Of a stretch of 64,000 bases of DNA, positions 48,102 through 58,432 are shown one piece after another; the first letter of the stretch is position 1; the number at the start of each line of letters is the position of its first letter. The position numbers and the translations under genes are program-made. Source of the DNA: Candidatus Bathyarchaeota archaeon (GTDB taxonomy: Archaea; Thermoproteota; Bathyarchaeia; 40CM-2-53-6); NCBI GenBank assembly GCA_963733055.1, contig CAVTBR010000001.1, positions 1,120,001-1,184,000 on the forward strand, written 5' to 3'. The notes beneath the pieces were generated by a model. That model made no database searches, had not been told where the DNA came from, and was given only the letters and a program-made list of their open reading frames with translations.

Positions 48102-48929
48102 GTGAGGAAGATGATCCCCTGCATAAATCAAGCAACCGTGCTACCCGCGGATACACTCGAATTCATCGATGAAGCGAAAAAGGCAGGGTTCAGTCTCTTA
48201 GAGTTCGACATAGCAAAACTCGAAGAAACCCTCCAGAAACATGGTCTTTCCAAACTCAAAGAGGTCCTGGATCGCAACAAAATCCAAGTAGTCAGCCTGA
48301 ACGCCATTGAAAACTTCCCAATCCTAACCGAGAGCGAAATGGCTTCGTCGCTCGTTCGATGTGAAAAAATTTTCAGGTTAAGCAGAGACCTGAAATGTGA
48401 TCTCGTTGTTGTCAACCCCAATGAGTTCGAAGAAGGGAAGAGGGCGGAGACGCAGAGCGCGTTCGACCTGTTCGTTGACCGAGCTGCGGAAATCGCCGCC
48501 AGATTTTCGGTGAGGTTGAGTTATGAGTTTGTTTCCTACGAAAACAGGATTTTCAACACGCTCGCCGAGAGTTTGCGGGGGCTTTCACGATGGGGATCCG
48601 GGGTGGGGCTGGTTCTGGATGTGTTCCACCTTTACCGCTCGGGAGAAAAGCTAACCCAGATCCCAGATTCTCTAATGGATCGAATGTGGGTATTTCACGT
48701 AAATGATGCACCGCAAGCGCCAATCTCGGCTTTGAGGGATACCGATCGCGTCTTTCCGGGGGAAGGAGTCGTGAACGTGCGTGAGGCGTTGGGTGTACTA
48801 GAAGCGAGGGGGTTTGCTGGGCCCGTGTCGCTGGAACTTTTCAATGCGAAAGCTTGGAAGCAGCCTGCAGCCGCCGTGCTGGGTAAGTCTTGGAACAGCT
48901 TAGAGGGTCTGCTGCGAAATTCGCGTTAG
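48102..48929 (+). CDS. IolI-like inosose isomerase / sugar phosphate isomerase-epimerase
   Basis: CINQAT, SLNA, YEFV, LDVFH, FHVND, DRVFPGEG and SLELF; start probably GTG 48102. Confidence 0.8.
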   Translation: MRKMIPCINQATVLPADTLEFIDEAKKAGFSLLEFDIAKLEETLQKHGLSKLKEVLDRNKIQVVSLNAIENFPILTESEMASSLVRCEKIFRLSRDLKCDLVVVNPNEFEEGKRAETQSAFDLFVDRAAEIAARFSVRLSYEFVSYENRIFNTLAESLRGLSRWGSGVGLVLDVFHLYRSGEKLTQIPDSLMDRMWVFHVNDAPQAPISALRDTDRVFPGEGVVNVREALGVLEARGFAGPVSLELFNAKAWKQPAAAVLGKSWNSLEGLLRNSR

Positions 48930-48955
48930 GAGTCTCGTGGGGAAAAAATTCGGTC

Positions 48956-50584
48956 CTATTCGGGTGGGATTTCTTTGTATGCCGCGCCGATATTCAGCCC
49001 CATTCTGCTGAGTCGGAGTCTTGCAGTTAGGTAGATTACTACGCCGATGGCTGCCAACACCACGACACTCTCGACGGCTAGAGTGATGGACGCTCCGAGG
49101 TATACGGTACCCAAGGCTCCGCTTAGCGGAAACAGGAGGGCTATTGCGTAGAAGAGGAACGCTCCGATTCCGACCAGCGAACCAATGATAATCACGGGGG
49201 CTTGGCCCATGGCTCCAACCGTCCTCTTGAAGAGATCCTTCTTCACCACTGGAAAGAGAAGCGCGGCTACGAAGGGCAGCATGTAGCCAATCGGAGGGAT
49301 AATCCCGACACTCAACCAAGCGACCGCGAATCCCGCATACCAAAAGAAGGTGATGAAAATGAACCAGATAACCGAAACTAGCAAAATTGCAAGCTGAGGA
49401 GAATGGAATTTTTCATTTATCTCAGCGAACTTTGTCGGCAGTAACCGATCGAATGCCGCGGCAAAGAACATTCTGGAGATCGTTACAACGTAAGCGACAC
49501 AGACAACCACCCATCCTAGTGTGAGTCCCAATCCGATGAAGAACGCGGCCGCGGGGCTGGTTAGGGAAAGCAGCATCGTCGTTGTAGGATAAGTAGGTAA
49601 GGAGCTAGGGCTATTCGCCTGAACGTAGCTTGCGGAGTTCAAGAACGTAGAGCCGAAGTCATTGTACACCATCTGAGCCATCACTAGAAGAACAATGATG
49701 GTGACCGTGACGGAGAGGAAGAGGGCCTTTGTGATTGACGACTTGACATTCTTAGTCTCCCCAGCCAAATAGGCCCCATAATTGAAACCAGTGAAAGTAA
49801 GGAATCCCCACGGAATGGCGGCTAGAGCCGTATTGGTAAAGTTGAACTGTGTTCCGGCGAACCCTGCTTGAGTAGCTTGCGAAATTATCCCGCTGTAGGT
49901 AGCCGTTGATCCGGCGACCTGCATGGCGTGGTCGAAGAGTGCGGGGAAGGTAGATGGATTAACTGTGAAGAGGAGGGCGATGAATCCGATGTTGATTATT
50001 AGAAAGAGTCCGACGCACACCCTTTGAAACGAAGCGAAAACTCGCAGGCTGAAAATAGAGACAACCGATTCCAGAACGAGCAGAAGAACGCCGATTCCCC
50101 AACCAAAGCAAAATGAGGTGAGCGTGCACCCTGCGCTCATGGTTGAGGCTAGTGAGATGAGTCCTGAGTTGCCTGTTGTGACCCCGAGTGTGAACGCCCA
50201 TTGGGAAAGAGCGATAGTCACATTCGAATAGGTGGACAAACCAATCCCGATAATCACGGTCGTAACGAACAAGAAGACGAACTGAACGCTACCGAACAAT
50301 GGTCCGAGAATCCTCGAGGACCATACGTAGTCTCCACCACTTCTCGGAATAGCCGCACTCAGCTTGGAGTAGACGGCGGCCATGGCGAAGGCAGGAATCG
50401 AACCAAGAAGGAACACGAGGCCAAGATGAGCCCCGGGGAAGAAGAATGGCGCGAACAGGGCGGTTAGAACGAAGCCGTTGAGCATAACAATAATGGCTTG
50501 CGAGAGTATGAACTGATCTAGGAAACCAAGTTCCCGAACAAGCCCAGTTGCGTCCCGGACGAAAACCGGTTTTGAAGCGGACAT
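48956..50584 (-). CDS. APC-family amino acid/amine permease
   Basis: FVRDATGLVR, IPRSGGDYV, YLAGE, FDR and IPPE. Confidence 0.9.
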   Translation of the reverse strand: MSASKPVFVRDATGLVRELGFLDQFILSQAIIVMLNGFVLTALFAPFFFPGAHLGLVFLLGSIPAFAMAAVYSKLSAAIPRSGGDYVWSSRILGPLFGSVQFVFLFVTTVIIGIGLSTYSNVTIALSQWAFTLGVTTGNSGLISLASTMSAGCTLTSFCFGWGIGVLLLVLESVVSIFSLRVFASFQRVCVGLFLIINIGFIALLFTVNPSTFPALFDHAMQVAGSTATYSGIISQATQAGFAGTQFNFTNTALAAIPWGFLTFTGFNYGAYLAGETKNVKSSITKALFLSVTVTIIVLLVMAQMVYNDFGSTFLNSASYVQANSPSSLPTYPTTTMLLSLTSPAAAFFIGLGLTLGWVVVCVAYVVTISRMFFAAAFDRLLPTKFAEINEKFHSPQLAILLVSVIWFIFITFFWYAGFAVAWLSVGIIPPIGYMLPFVAALLFPVVKKDLFKRTVGAMGQAPVIIIGSLVGIGAFLFYAIALLFPLSGALGTVYLGASITLAVESVVVLAAIGVVIYLTARLRLSRMGLNIGAAYKEIPPE

Positions 50585-50625
50585 ATCGGGTAGGTGCCGA
50601 GTGCTGAATATTTAACGCTTTGCGG

Positions 50626-51780
50626 CTAAGCGAAGGGGGTGATGGGTTTACCTTCAGCGAAGCGGCTGAGACGAAACTCACGGACATCGACCCCCTTAGT
50701 CTTACCGTCCAGGACGAACTCCGCCATCAATCGCCCCGTGCATGGCGAGAACCTGAAGCCGTGCCCACTGAAGCCCACTGCACAATAGAGGCCTTCGTAG
50801 CCTGGTAACTCGTCTAAGATGGGATGGCCATCTGGCGATACATCGTAAGGTCCCGAATAACCTCCTTTGCTCACTGCCGCGGCCACCGCTGGAAGTCGTT
50901 GTACGAGTTTGTGTGCGAGTTTTGGCATCGTGTCGGGATCGAGGCCTTCTGGAAAATTATCTGGATCGCAAGCCAAACCCGGAGTTTCTATCTCCCCAAC
51001 CAAGATGTTCTCGCCTTCCGGTTTGATGTAAAGGTCATTCTCAAAATCATCGATTACGAGTCGTGGGCTCTTCGTCACATCCTCTAATCTGAACAAGCAT
51101 ACCTGTTTACGGGTGGGTTTTATGGGCAATTTTACGCCGAGGTCAGCTAACAGCTTCGGGGCCCACACATTCGCCGCGACAACCACCTTGTTCGCGCTGA
51201 ATGTTCCTTTGTTAGTTTCAATCATCTTCTTGCCACCCTCAACTCTGATTCTAGTGACAAGCGCGTTCGTTTCGATTCGTGCGCCCAACTTTTCCGCGGC
51301 CTTTCCGTAGGCGCTTGTGGTTTCGACGGGGTTAGCATATCCGGCAAATGGTTCATGAACAGCAACTGTCAGATCATTCGTTAGTACGCCTGGCTGCAAT
51401 TTTGCTACTTCTTGGGGTGAGATTAGTTGAGATTTTGCTCCAAGGCTTGTTTCGGCCGCTACGGTCTTCTTGATTCTTGCCTCGAACTTTTTCCCGGTCA
51501 GTCCCATCCAACCTGTGTGGCGGAAGCCTGAGTTGCCTCCGATTCGCTCCTCGAAATTTCTGAAAACATCGATACTCTCTAGGAGCATTTTCACGAGTGG
51601 TTCGCTAGCGTTCCATACTCCAATGTTTACTATTGCGCTTGACTTTCCGGTGGCGCCCCACGCTAAATGGCCGCGTTCTAGCAATAGCACATCTTTGCAT
51701 CCCAAACGGGCCAACTGTAAAATCGTGCTGGTGCCTACACAGCCTCCCCCGACAACTGCGACTTCCGCGGTCTGATTCAT
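50626..51780 (-). CDS. FAD-dependent amine oxidoreductase (DAO/sarcosine-oxidase beta-like)
   Basis: VVGGGCVG, GATGKS, SPDGHPIL, GFSGHGF. Confidence 0.9.
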   Translation of the reverse strand: MNQTAEVAVVGGGCVGTSTILQLARLGCKDVLLLERGHLAWGATGKSSAIVNIGVWNASEPLVKMLLESIDVFRNFEERIGGNSGFRHTGWMGLTGKKFEARIKKTVAAETSLGAKSQLISPQEVAKLQPGVLTNDLTVAVHEPFAGYANPVETTSAYGKAAEKLGARIETNALVTRIRVEGGKKMIETNKGTFSANKVVVAANVWAPKLLADLGVKLPIKPTRKQVCLFRLEDVTKSPRLVIDDFENDLYIKPEGENILVGEIETPGLACDPDNFPEGLDPDTMPKLAHKLVQRLPAVAAAVSKGGYSGPYDVSPDGHPILDELPGYEGLYCAVGFSGHGFRFSPCTGRLMAEFVLDGKTKGVDVREFRLSRFAEGKPITPFA

Positions 51781-51833
51781 AGCGATCCACGATGACGCTC
51801 TTTTGCTTCTTGACTGTAATAATTATTCTCGAC

Positions 51834-53204
51834 TTAGTTCGAGGACAATGCAATTGCCTTCAACGATTCTTCGGCCGCCTTTAGCGTCAAGTCCACGTCA
51901 CCTTCAGAATGGGCGGTGGATACGAACATGTGTTGATATTGGAGGGGATGTAATAGTACGCCTCTCTTCAGCATCTGTCTATGATAGGCATTGTACCGTG
52001 CAAAGTTGCATGTCAGAAATTCCCTATAGTTTCGAACCTTCTTTAGCGGTGTGAATAGGATTTGTATACCCAATTGCGCCATGCCTTGAACGATCGCTTC
52101 TGTTCTGGTTGACGCGACAAGGCGCGTTAGCCCTTCTTGAAGCCTCGTGCCGATCTTGTTCATGCGGCGGTAGTTATGACCGTTATTGCGTGTCAGCTCT
52201 GTTAGCGTCGCGTACGCTGCGGCGCATGAAATTGGGTTTCCATTGAACGTCCCAGCATGCATAATCTTTCCTGGCCCAACTTGCTCGAGGATGCGTCTTT
52301 TTCCGGTGATCGCCGCTATCGGAAAGCCGCCGCCCAGTGCTTTCGCGAAACAGGCTAAGTCTGGAGTGACTCCGAAATGTTGTTGGGCGCCTCCGGGCGC
52401 CAGTCGGAAGCCTGTGATGACTTCGTCAAAGATGAGCATCACGTCATGTTTCTGAGTGATCTCTCTCGCCGTCTGGAGGTATCCTTCTTCGGGCGGTGAG
52501 ATTCCTATGTCCATCATTACGGGTTCCATTATTACTCCGGCAAGTTCGTTTGCATATCGCTTGACGGTTTTTTCGAGAATATCCGGGTTGTTCCAAGGGA
52601 TGACTATGGTATTCCTTGTTGTATCTTCTGGAATCCCGGGGCTCGCTGGCACCTTGTAAGGAGCGATCTCCGACCCTAATGCCGCCAGAGGTGCTCCTAC
52701 AATATTCAGTAGGACGTAATCGTGTGCGCCATGGTAGTGGCCCTCGAATTTGATGATCTTGTTTCGGCCAGTATAACCTCTGGCGATTCTTATTGCGCTC
52801 ATAGTAGCCTCGGCCCCTGTCATGGAGAATCGGACCATCTCGGCGTTTGGAACCATCTCATGGATTTTCTCCGCGAGTTTCACCTCAAGCTCATCAAGCA
52901 TAGCGAATTGTAACCCATTTTCAAGCTGGGTCCTCACCGCTCTCGTAACGCTTGGATGGCAATGTCCGAGAATCAGAGGGCCAAAGCCAAGAAGGTAATC
53001 CACGTACTCGTTGTCATCGACATCCCAGACCCTCGAACCCGCACCCTTTCGAAGCGTCAATGGATAGGGATCGTAGGTTGGGGAGCATTGCGCATTCGAA
53101 CTTCCCCCACCGGGAATAAGCTTGCTCGCTCTAACGAAGAACTCCCAAGATTTTCTTGTGTTGAGACCCTTTACGTACTCCGGGTACTCAGTGGCACTGC
53201 TCAA
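51834..53204 (-). CDS. Class III aminotransferase (GSA-aminomutase-like)
   Basis: GPLILGH, FEGHYHG, LIFDEVITGFR, FAKALGGG, AGTFNGN. Confidence 0.88.
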   Translation of the reverse strand: MSSATEYPEYVKGLNTRKSWEFFVRASKLIPGGGSSNAQCSPTYDPYPLTLRKGAGSRVWDVDDNEYVDYLLGFGPLILGHCHPSVTRAVRTQLENGLQFAMLDELEVKLAEKIHEMVPNAEMVRFSMTGAEATMSAIRIARGYTGRNKIIKFEGHYHGAHDYVLLNIVGAPLAALGSEIAPYKVPASPGIPEDTTRNTIVIPWNNPDILEKTVKRYANELAGVIMEPVMMDIGISPPEEGYLQTAREITQKHDVMLIFDEVITGFRLAPGGAQQHFGVTPDLACFAKALGGGFPIAAITGKRRILEQVGPGKIMHAGTFNGNPISCAAAYATLTELTRNNGHNYRRMNKIGTRLQEGLTRLVASTRTEAIVQGMAQLGIQILFTPLKKVRNYREFLTCNFARYNAYHRQMLKRGVLLHPLQYQHMFVSTAHSEGDVDLTLKAAEESLKAIALSSN

Positions 53205-53452
53205 CTTCTATCACCTGCGCTCGACGATTGTATTTGATTTAAAAGCCTAGAGGTTTCCGTCGTAACGTCATCCTGTTAGTGAAAACGTTTTGTCGACATC
53301 GTTAGGCAAACCGCGTGTTGTGCCCAAGAAATAATTAATCCTAATCATGGTTCATCCGGATGAAATCGGGTAACGATGCTTTCAAATTCCGACGTTTTTT
53401 CTTTCCCAAAATGTTATATGCAAACCTCTTCCAGTAACCTTACTGGATTTCT

Positions 53453-55366
53453 ATGAGCACTACATCTCGTGCTAAGAAACCGATTATCGCTGTTGTAATT
53501 ATCATAATCGTCCTCGTTGCGGGGGTATGGTACTACACTTCGCAGACCGCACCTTCTACCTCAACCACATCCTCGCCGTTCAACACCCAATCGACAAGTG
53601 CACAAGGCGGCGCCCCCTCGACCCTTGTGATTGATGACCCATTCTGGCCTAGTGGAGACCTAAACCAATTCAACTCTATCTACGCTATACCCTACCCTGA
53701 CTGGTTGACGTACACCGTCTATCAGGCACTTGTTACGCTCGATGGGAATGCGCTCTACTCTTCAGGAGATGTTAAGGTCCTACCGATGCTGGCAACCGAT
53801 TGGAACGTATCCTCCGACGGTACAACCTACACATTCAACCTGAGGCAAAACGTGGCCTTCTCGAACGGCGACCCCTTCAACGCCTACCAGGTCTGGGGAC
53901 AATTTTACGGCTTGTATTACTTATCTGGCAACAGCAGCGCGTGGTTCAACGCTTACCCCGTCTTCGATACATCAACAATAAAATTCGGACCAGCCACGCT
54001 GGCATTGATGGCACAGAGCGGGCTGGTAAACCCAACACCTGACTTGTTGAAGATCATGATGGATACCACACAACCAATCTACGTAACTAGTCAATACCAG
54101 ATGGTATTCCATCTAAAGGCGCCATTCGGGTATTTCCCAACCGTTTTGCCTACTTATGTGGGACTGATTTTTGATACTCAGTACGTTCTTCAAAATGGTG
54201 GATTCGGCACACCGACTGCCTTCAACACCCAGTTCAACCAGCACCCCATCCCAGGAACAGGACCGTATGTTGTGACGGATGTTTCAGAGAATTCCTACGT
54301 AAAATTCGCCAAGAACCCAACCTACTGGGGAGCCAACTTAAGCGCTGCAGACATCCAAGCTAATGCTTACCTAGACCCCGGGCATGTTCAGAACGTTATC
54401 ATATACTCAAAGTCTGACGACGTAGCCAGATACACTGACTTATCGACCGGAGCAGCTCAGATAGCTGCGGTCCAAACCCAGGACTGGCCGCAGATTCTAA
54501 AGAACCCTGACAAGTACGGATACTTTGTAATGCCTGATTCCTCGATGGCCTTCGTCGGCATCTCAATGAATACTCTCCGCTATCCTACAAACATCACAGC
54601 GTTTCGGAACGCAATCGTCCACGCCGTGAATGTGACTGACATTTCGCAACGAGTCTTCTTTGGCGGACTAGCTCCAATGGTTGGACCTGAGTATCCGGCC
54701 CAAAAGCAATATTACGACTTGGGAAACCTCCCACCCTACTCGTACGACCTGACGTTGGCGAAGCAGTACTTGGCTCAATCCGGGGTTGACGTCACGAAGC
54801 TAACTCCGCTGGAATTCCGAGTGGTTTCTGGGTGTGGGTACTGTTACTCTACCGCGCAAATAGTTCAGGCTGATTTGGCACAGATTGGGATCACCTTGAA
54901 CATTGAGGTCACACCAGGTAACCAGTACGCATTGCCTTACGTCGCGGGTGCCGGATCATTTGCGGGGGGTGTGAACGCGTCGCAACAGGTGGCACAGCTC
55001 ACTTGGTTCGGAACAGGAACTTTCGCTCCAACCGCTCCAACTCCGGCAGACGCTTGGCTGATGTTCGGTAGCGATAAAGCCCCCGCCAACAACTACGCGA
55101 TCTATTCTAACCCAATAGTTCAGAAGTGTGTGGACTCTTGGACAACGGTCAGTGACCCGAATGTCCTTACGAGCGTCTGCACCGCTGCGCAAAAACAATT
55201 CTACGATGATGCACCCTACCTCTGGCTTGGCGGAATCAAACTAGTCTTCGGCGGAGGATCAGTTGCTTGGCAGAAGAGCGTTGTTAAGGGCGCACTCCTC
55301 GACCCAATATTCACAGGCATAAGCTCAACGGTCATCTTCAACACTGTAACATTCGTTGGCAGCTAA
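53453..55366 (+). CDS. oppA: ABC transporter substrate-binding protein, family 5 (Opp/Dpp)
   Basis: N-terminal anchor and S/T linker; PMLATDW..S.DG..YTFNLR, FSNGDPF, GTGPY. Confidence 0.9.
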   Translation: MSTTSRAKKPIIAVVIIIIVLVAGVWYYTSQTAPSTSTTSSPFNTQSTSAQGGAPSTLVIDDPFWPSGDLNQFNSIYAIPYPDWLTYTVYQALVTLDGNALYSSGDVKVLPMLATDWNVSSDGTTYTFNLRQNVAFSNGDPFNAYQVWGQFYGLYYLSGNSSAWFNAYPVFDTSTIKFGPATLALMAQSGLVNPTPDLLKIMMDTTQPIYVTSQYQMVFHLKAPFGYFPTVLPTYVGLIFDTQYVLQNGGFGTPTAFNTQFNQHPIPGTGPYVVTDVSENSYVKFAKNPTYWGANLSAADIQANAYLDPGHVQNVIIYSKSDDVARYTDLSTGAAQIAAVQTQDWPQILKNPDKYGYFVMPDSSMAFVGISMNTLRYPTNITAFRNAIVHAVNVTDISQRVFFGGLAPMVGPEYPAQKQYYDLGNLPPYSYDLTLAKQYLAQSGVDVTKLTPLEFRVVSGCGYCYSTAQIVQADLAQIGITLNIEVTPGNQYALPYVAGAGSFAGGVNASQQVAQLTWFGTGTFAPTAPTPADAWLMFGSDKAPANNYAIYSNPIVQKCVDSWTTVSDPNVLTSVCTAAQKQFYDDAPYLWLGGIKLVFGGGSVAWQKSVVKGALLDPIFTGISSTVIFNTVTFVGS

Positions 55367-55381
55367 AGCAGCTCAAACTAG

Positions 55382-55416
55382 CACCCACCCCGCTATTTCT
55401 GATTCGGGGTGAGGTG
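55382..55416 (+). other. GC-rich hairpin after the SBP gene
   Basis: CACC-CACCCCG ... CGGGGTG-A-GGTG; likely mRNA stabiliser or attenuator. Confidence 0.5.
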
Positions 55417-55457
55417 ACACAAGCATATTTCGCGATAGAGGCTCGGTCTAAAGCGAA

Positions 55458-56480
55458 ATGAACATAGCAACGTACATCTTACGCAGAGTAGGCTTCGGCG
55501 TTATCGTAGTACTCAGCGTCATGACGATAACATTCGTGCTATCGCATAGCCTTGGCGGGGACCCAATTTACGCCTGGTTGGGAAAAGCGGCCGGTATGCA
55601 TCCCGACCTCGCTCAGGCTTACATCCAGAAGTATCATCTCCACGACCCGGTATACGTTCAGTACTACTTCTATCTGGTGAACTTGGCGCAAGGGAACATG
55701 GGATATTCGCCCTCGCGCAATTTTATTCCTGTTACTCAGGCAATTGCAGAAAGTCTTCCGTACACGATCCAAATAGCATTATTCGCAATTATCATAACAC
55801 TCGCTGTGGGCGTACTCTTAGGAGTTGTATCTGCTCGGTATCATCATACACCAATTGACGCCGCGATTCGAGGCTTCTACTTGACCGGTTATGCCTCCCC
55901 GCCGTTCTTCGTGGCGTTGATATTGCTAATCATATTCACATACTTTCTTGGTATTTTGCCGAGTGGTGAAGCTTTTGATCCGAGCTTTACGAGACCATAT
56001 TGGATCACTGGAATACCGGTCATTGACGGGGTGCTTGAAGGGAATTTCTCGTATAGTGCCAGCGCCTTTACCCATTTGATTCTCCCGAGCGCTGCGCTCG
56101 CGCTGGTGACTTTTGGAATCGTAACCAGAGTGCTCCGCAGCTCACTCCTCGAAATCATGCATACTAATTACATCCGAACCGCTCGAGCGAAGGGGCTTGA
56201 TGAGAACACGGTATTCTATAAGCACGGTCTCCGGCACGCACTCATTCCGATAGTATCGCTCTCTTCTCTGATCGTAACATGGCTGATAACGGGAACGATT
56301 TTCGTGGAGAATGTGTTCTCGTACCCTGGACTGGGTCGTTATCTGGTTCAAGCGCTTAACGGGGAGGACTACCCGGGAATACTCGGAGCGGCCATAGTAT
56401 ATGCGCTTGTTATTGTCGCGGCCAACTTGGTCGCAGATATCCTGTACGCAGTCGTCGATCCTCAAGTCAGACTTGGTTGA
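55458..56480 (+). CDS. oppB: Opp/Dpp ABC permease
   Basis: YIRTARAKGL EAA loop, ENVFSYPGLG, DPQVR. Confidence 0.92.
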   Translation: MNIATYILRRVGFGVIVVLSVMTITFVLSHSLGGDPIYAWLGKAAGMHPDLAQAYIQKYHLHDPVYVQYYFYLVNLAQGNMGYSPSRNFIPVTQAIAESLPYTIQIALFAIIITLAVGVLLGVVSARYHHTPIDAAIRGFYLTGYASPPFFVALILLIIFTYFLGILPSGEAFDPSFTRPYWITGIPVIDGVLEGNFSYSASAFTHLILPSAALALVTFGIVTRVLRSSLLEIMHTNYIRTARAKGLDENTVFYKHGLRHALIPIVSLSSLIVTWLITGTIFVENVFSYPGLGRYLVQALNGEDYPGILGAAIVYALVIVAANLVADILYAVVDPQVRLG

Positions 56481-56489
56481 TGTCAACCT

Positions 56490-57371
56490 TTGGAGTCCAA
56501 GACAGTTAGCCATCGCTTTTCCGTCGCTACTCGCAACTTTTTCTCGCTAGTCTTTAGAACAAAGGAAGGCGCGATTGGATTTGGAATCGTAACCATGTAT
56601 CTAGTAACTGCAGTCGTCGTTTTGTTGGCAGGACTGTTCAAATTTACGGTGACACCTTATGACCCTCTCTTGCAAAGCGTAGGTCCTTCCCTTGGACCGC
56701 CATCGACATCCCACCTGTTTGGAACAGACTTTCTCGGCCGTGACGTGTTTAGTCGGGTCATTTGGAGTCTACCCAACGATTTGTTTGTTAGCTTCGCCGT
56801 GGTAGGGATCGCTCTCGTTGCTGGCGCCATAATCGGCGCAGTCGCAGCATTCAAAGGGGGTTTGCTCGACGAGCTACTAATGCGGTTCACTGACGTGATA
56901 TTTTCGCTTCCGGCGTTGGTGATAGCAATGGTAATCGCAGTCGCTCTCGGTCCGGGGCTAATCCACATGATGATTGCGTTGATGATAATATGGTGGCCAC
57001 CCTACGCACGAGTCGCAAGGGGAGAGGCGTTACGAGTTTCGCACCAGAACTACATTGAAGCTGCCCGATTCGCTGGCCAGCGAACCGTTGGAATAATATT
57101 CAAACACGTACTGCCAAACATTTCGTTGACATTACTCATTTACGCGACGCTTGATGTCGCAACCGTGGTCTTGACTTATGCGGGTTTGAGCTACCTTGGA
57201 TTATCAGTGAGGCCACCCCAACCTGACTTGGGTGAGATGATCAGCACATCTCAGGACTATTTGATTACAGCCCCATGGCTGCCAATCATCCCTGGTCTTG
57301 TGATCGCGCTTGCGGTCGTTGGTTTTAGTCTTCTGGGAGATGGGCTCAGAGATGCTTTGGAGGCGGGATAG
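56490..57371 (+). CDS. oppC: Opp/Dpp ABC permease
   Basis: HLFGTDFLGRDV, YIEAA, LGDGLRD. Confidence 0.92.
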   Translation: MESKTVSHRFSVATRNFFSLVFRTKEGAIGFGIVTMYLVTAVVVLLAGLFKFTVTPYDPLLQSVGPSLGPPSTSHLFGTDFLGRDVFSRVIWSLPNDLFVSFAVVGIALVAGAIIGAVAAFKGGLLDELLMRFTDVIFSLPALVIAMVIAVALGPGLIHMMIALMIIWWPPYARVARGEALRVSHQNYIEAARFAGQRTVGIIFKHVLPNISLTLLIYATLDVATVVLTYAGLSYLGLSVRPPQPDLGEMISTSQDYLITAPWLPIIPGLVIALAVVGFSLLGDGLRDALEAG

Positions 57372-58432
57372 TGGGGTCGCTCCTGGATATTCAGGATCTC
57401 ACCGTAGCCTACGCTACAAAAACGGGGCCAATAACGGCTGTTGACCATGTCAACTTACAACTCCAGCAGGATGAATTCCTCGCCATAGTCGGGGAGTCAG
57501 GATGCGGAAAATCCACGCTTGGCCTCTCCATAATCGGCCTACTTCCAAAACCGCCAGCGAAAATCGTTGAAGGATCGATTCAATACAAGGATACGGACCT
57601 CGTCCAGCTCCCCCGGAACAAAATCAGAGAATACCGCGGGACCGAAATTGCTATGATTTTCCAGGAACCATTAACCAGCCTCAGCCCAGTCTACAGAATA
57701 GGCGATCAGATTGCTGAAGCGATCATGATTCGCGAGTCAAGGAAGGATGGAAACGCGAGTACTGACAGCGAGATCATGCAAAGAACCTACAAAAGAAACG
57801 CTCGCCTAATCAAACGTACCCTGAGGTTTAAGCGCAAAATTCCCGCCGACCTTCAAGAAGAGGTAATTCGTTACCTGACGTTGGTTAGAATCGGTGACCC
57901 CGAACAGGTTCTGGAACGCTACCCGTTTGAATTGTCCGGCGGAATGACGCAGCGCGTTATGATTGCGATGGCGCTATCCCAAGAACCTGCGTTGCTCCTT
58001 GCCGATGAACCAACGACAGCCCTCGATGTAACCACTCAGGCCCAGGTGCTCAAGCTGATGAAAGAACTCATCCGGAAGGTAAGAACAAGTATTCTACTCG
58101 TGACTCACGACTTGGCGGTTGCAAGCCAAGTTGCCGACAGAGTCGTCGTTATGTATGCGGGTCAGATAGCTGAAGACGCCGACGTAATCAGCTTATTCTC
58201 ACACCCATTGCACCCCTACACTCAAGGTCTCCTTTCTTGTATCCCATCAGGCTACAAGGACGACAGCCAGCTCAAACCGATTTCGGGCTCACTTCCAGAT
58301 CTGAGAAGCGTGCAAATCGGTTGCAGATTCGCACCTAGATGCCCGCACGCCATGGCGGTTTGCAATAAACAGCCCCCCCACCTGATCCAACACGGGAACA
58401 CGCAGAAGGTGTCATGTTTCCTTTATGACTAG
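57371..58432 (+). CDS. oppD: Opp/Dpp ABC ATPase
   Basis: GESGCGKS, LSGGM, DEPTTALD, HPYT, Cys-rich tail. Confidence 0.95.
   Translation: MGSLLDIQDLTVAYATKTGPITAVDHVNLQLQQDEFLAIVGESGCGKSTLGLSIIGLLPKPPAKIVEGSIQYKDTDLVQLPRNKIREYRGTEIAMIFQEPLTSLSPVYRIGDQIAEAIMIRESRKDGNASTDSEIMQRTYKRNARLIKRTLRFKRKIPADLQEEVIRYLTLVRIGDPEQVLERYPFELSGGMTQRVMIAMALSQEPALLLADEPTTALDVTTQAQVLKLMKELIRKVRTSILLVTHDLAVASQVADRVVVMYAGQIAEDADVISLFSHPLHPYTQGLLSCIPSGYKDDSQLKPISGSLPDLRSVQIGCRFAPRCPHAMAVCNKQPPHLIQHGNTQKVSCFLYD

Noticed and set aside
37322-53204. Aminoglycoside biosynthetic gene cluster
   Set aside because: No 2-deoxy-scyllo-inosose synthase, glycosyltransferase or resistance gene seen; the ring-opening hydrolase and importers point to catabolism.
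51834-53204. Calling this gene hemL
   Set aside because: Family motifs fit, but there is no tetrapyrrole context, so the symbol was withheld.
53453-53540. Class III (pilin-like) signal on the SBP, i.e. a bindosome link to the pilus
   Set aside because: Lys-Lys-Pro follows the RA dipeptide, so the motif does not fit the cleavage pattern seen in the pilins.
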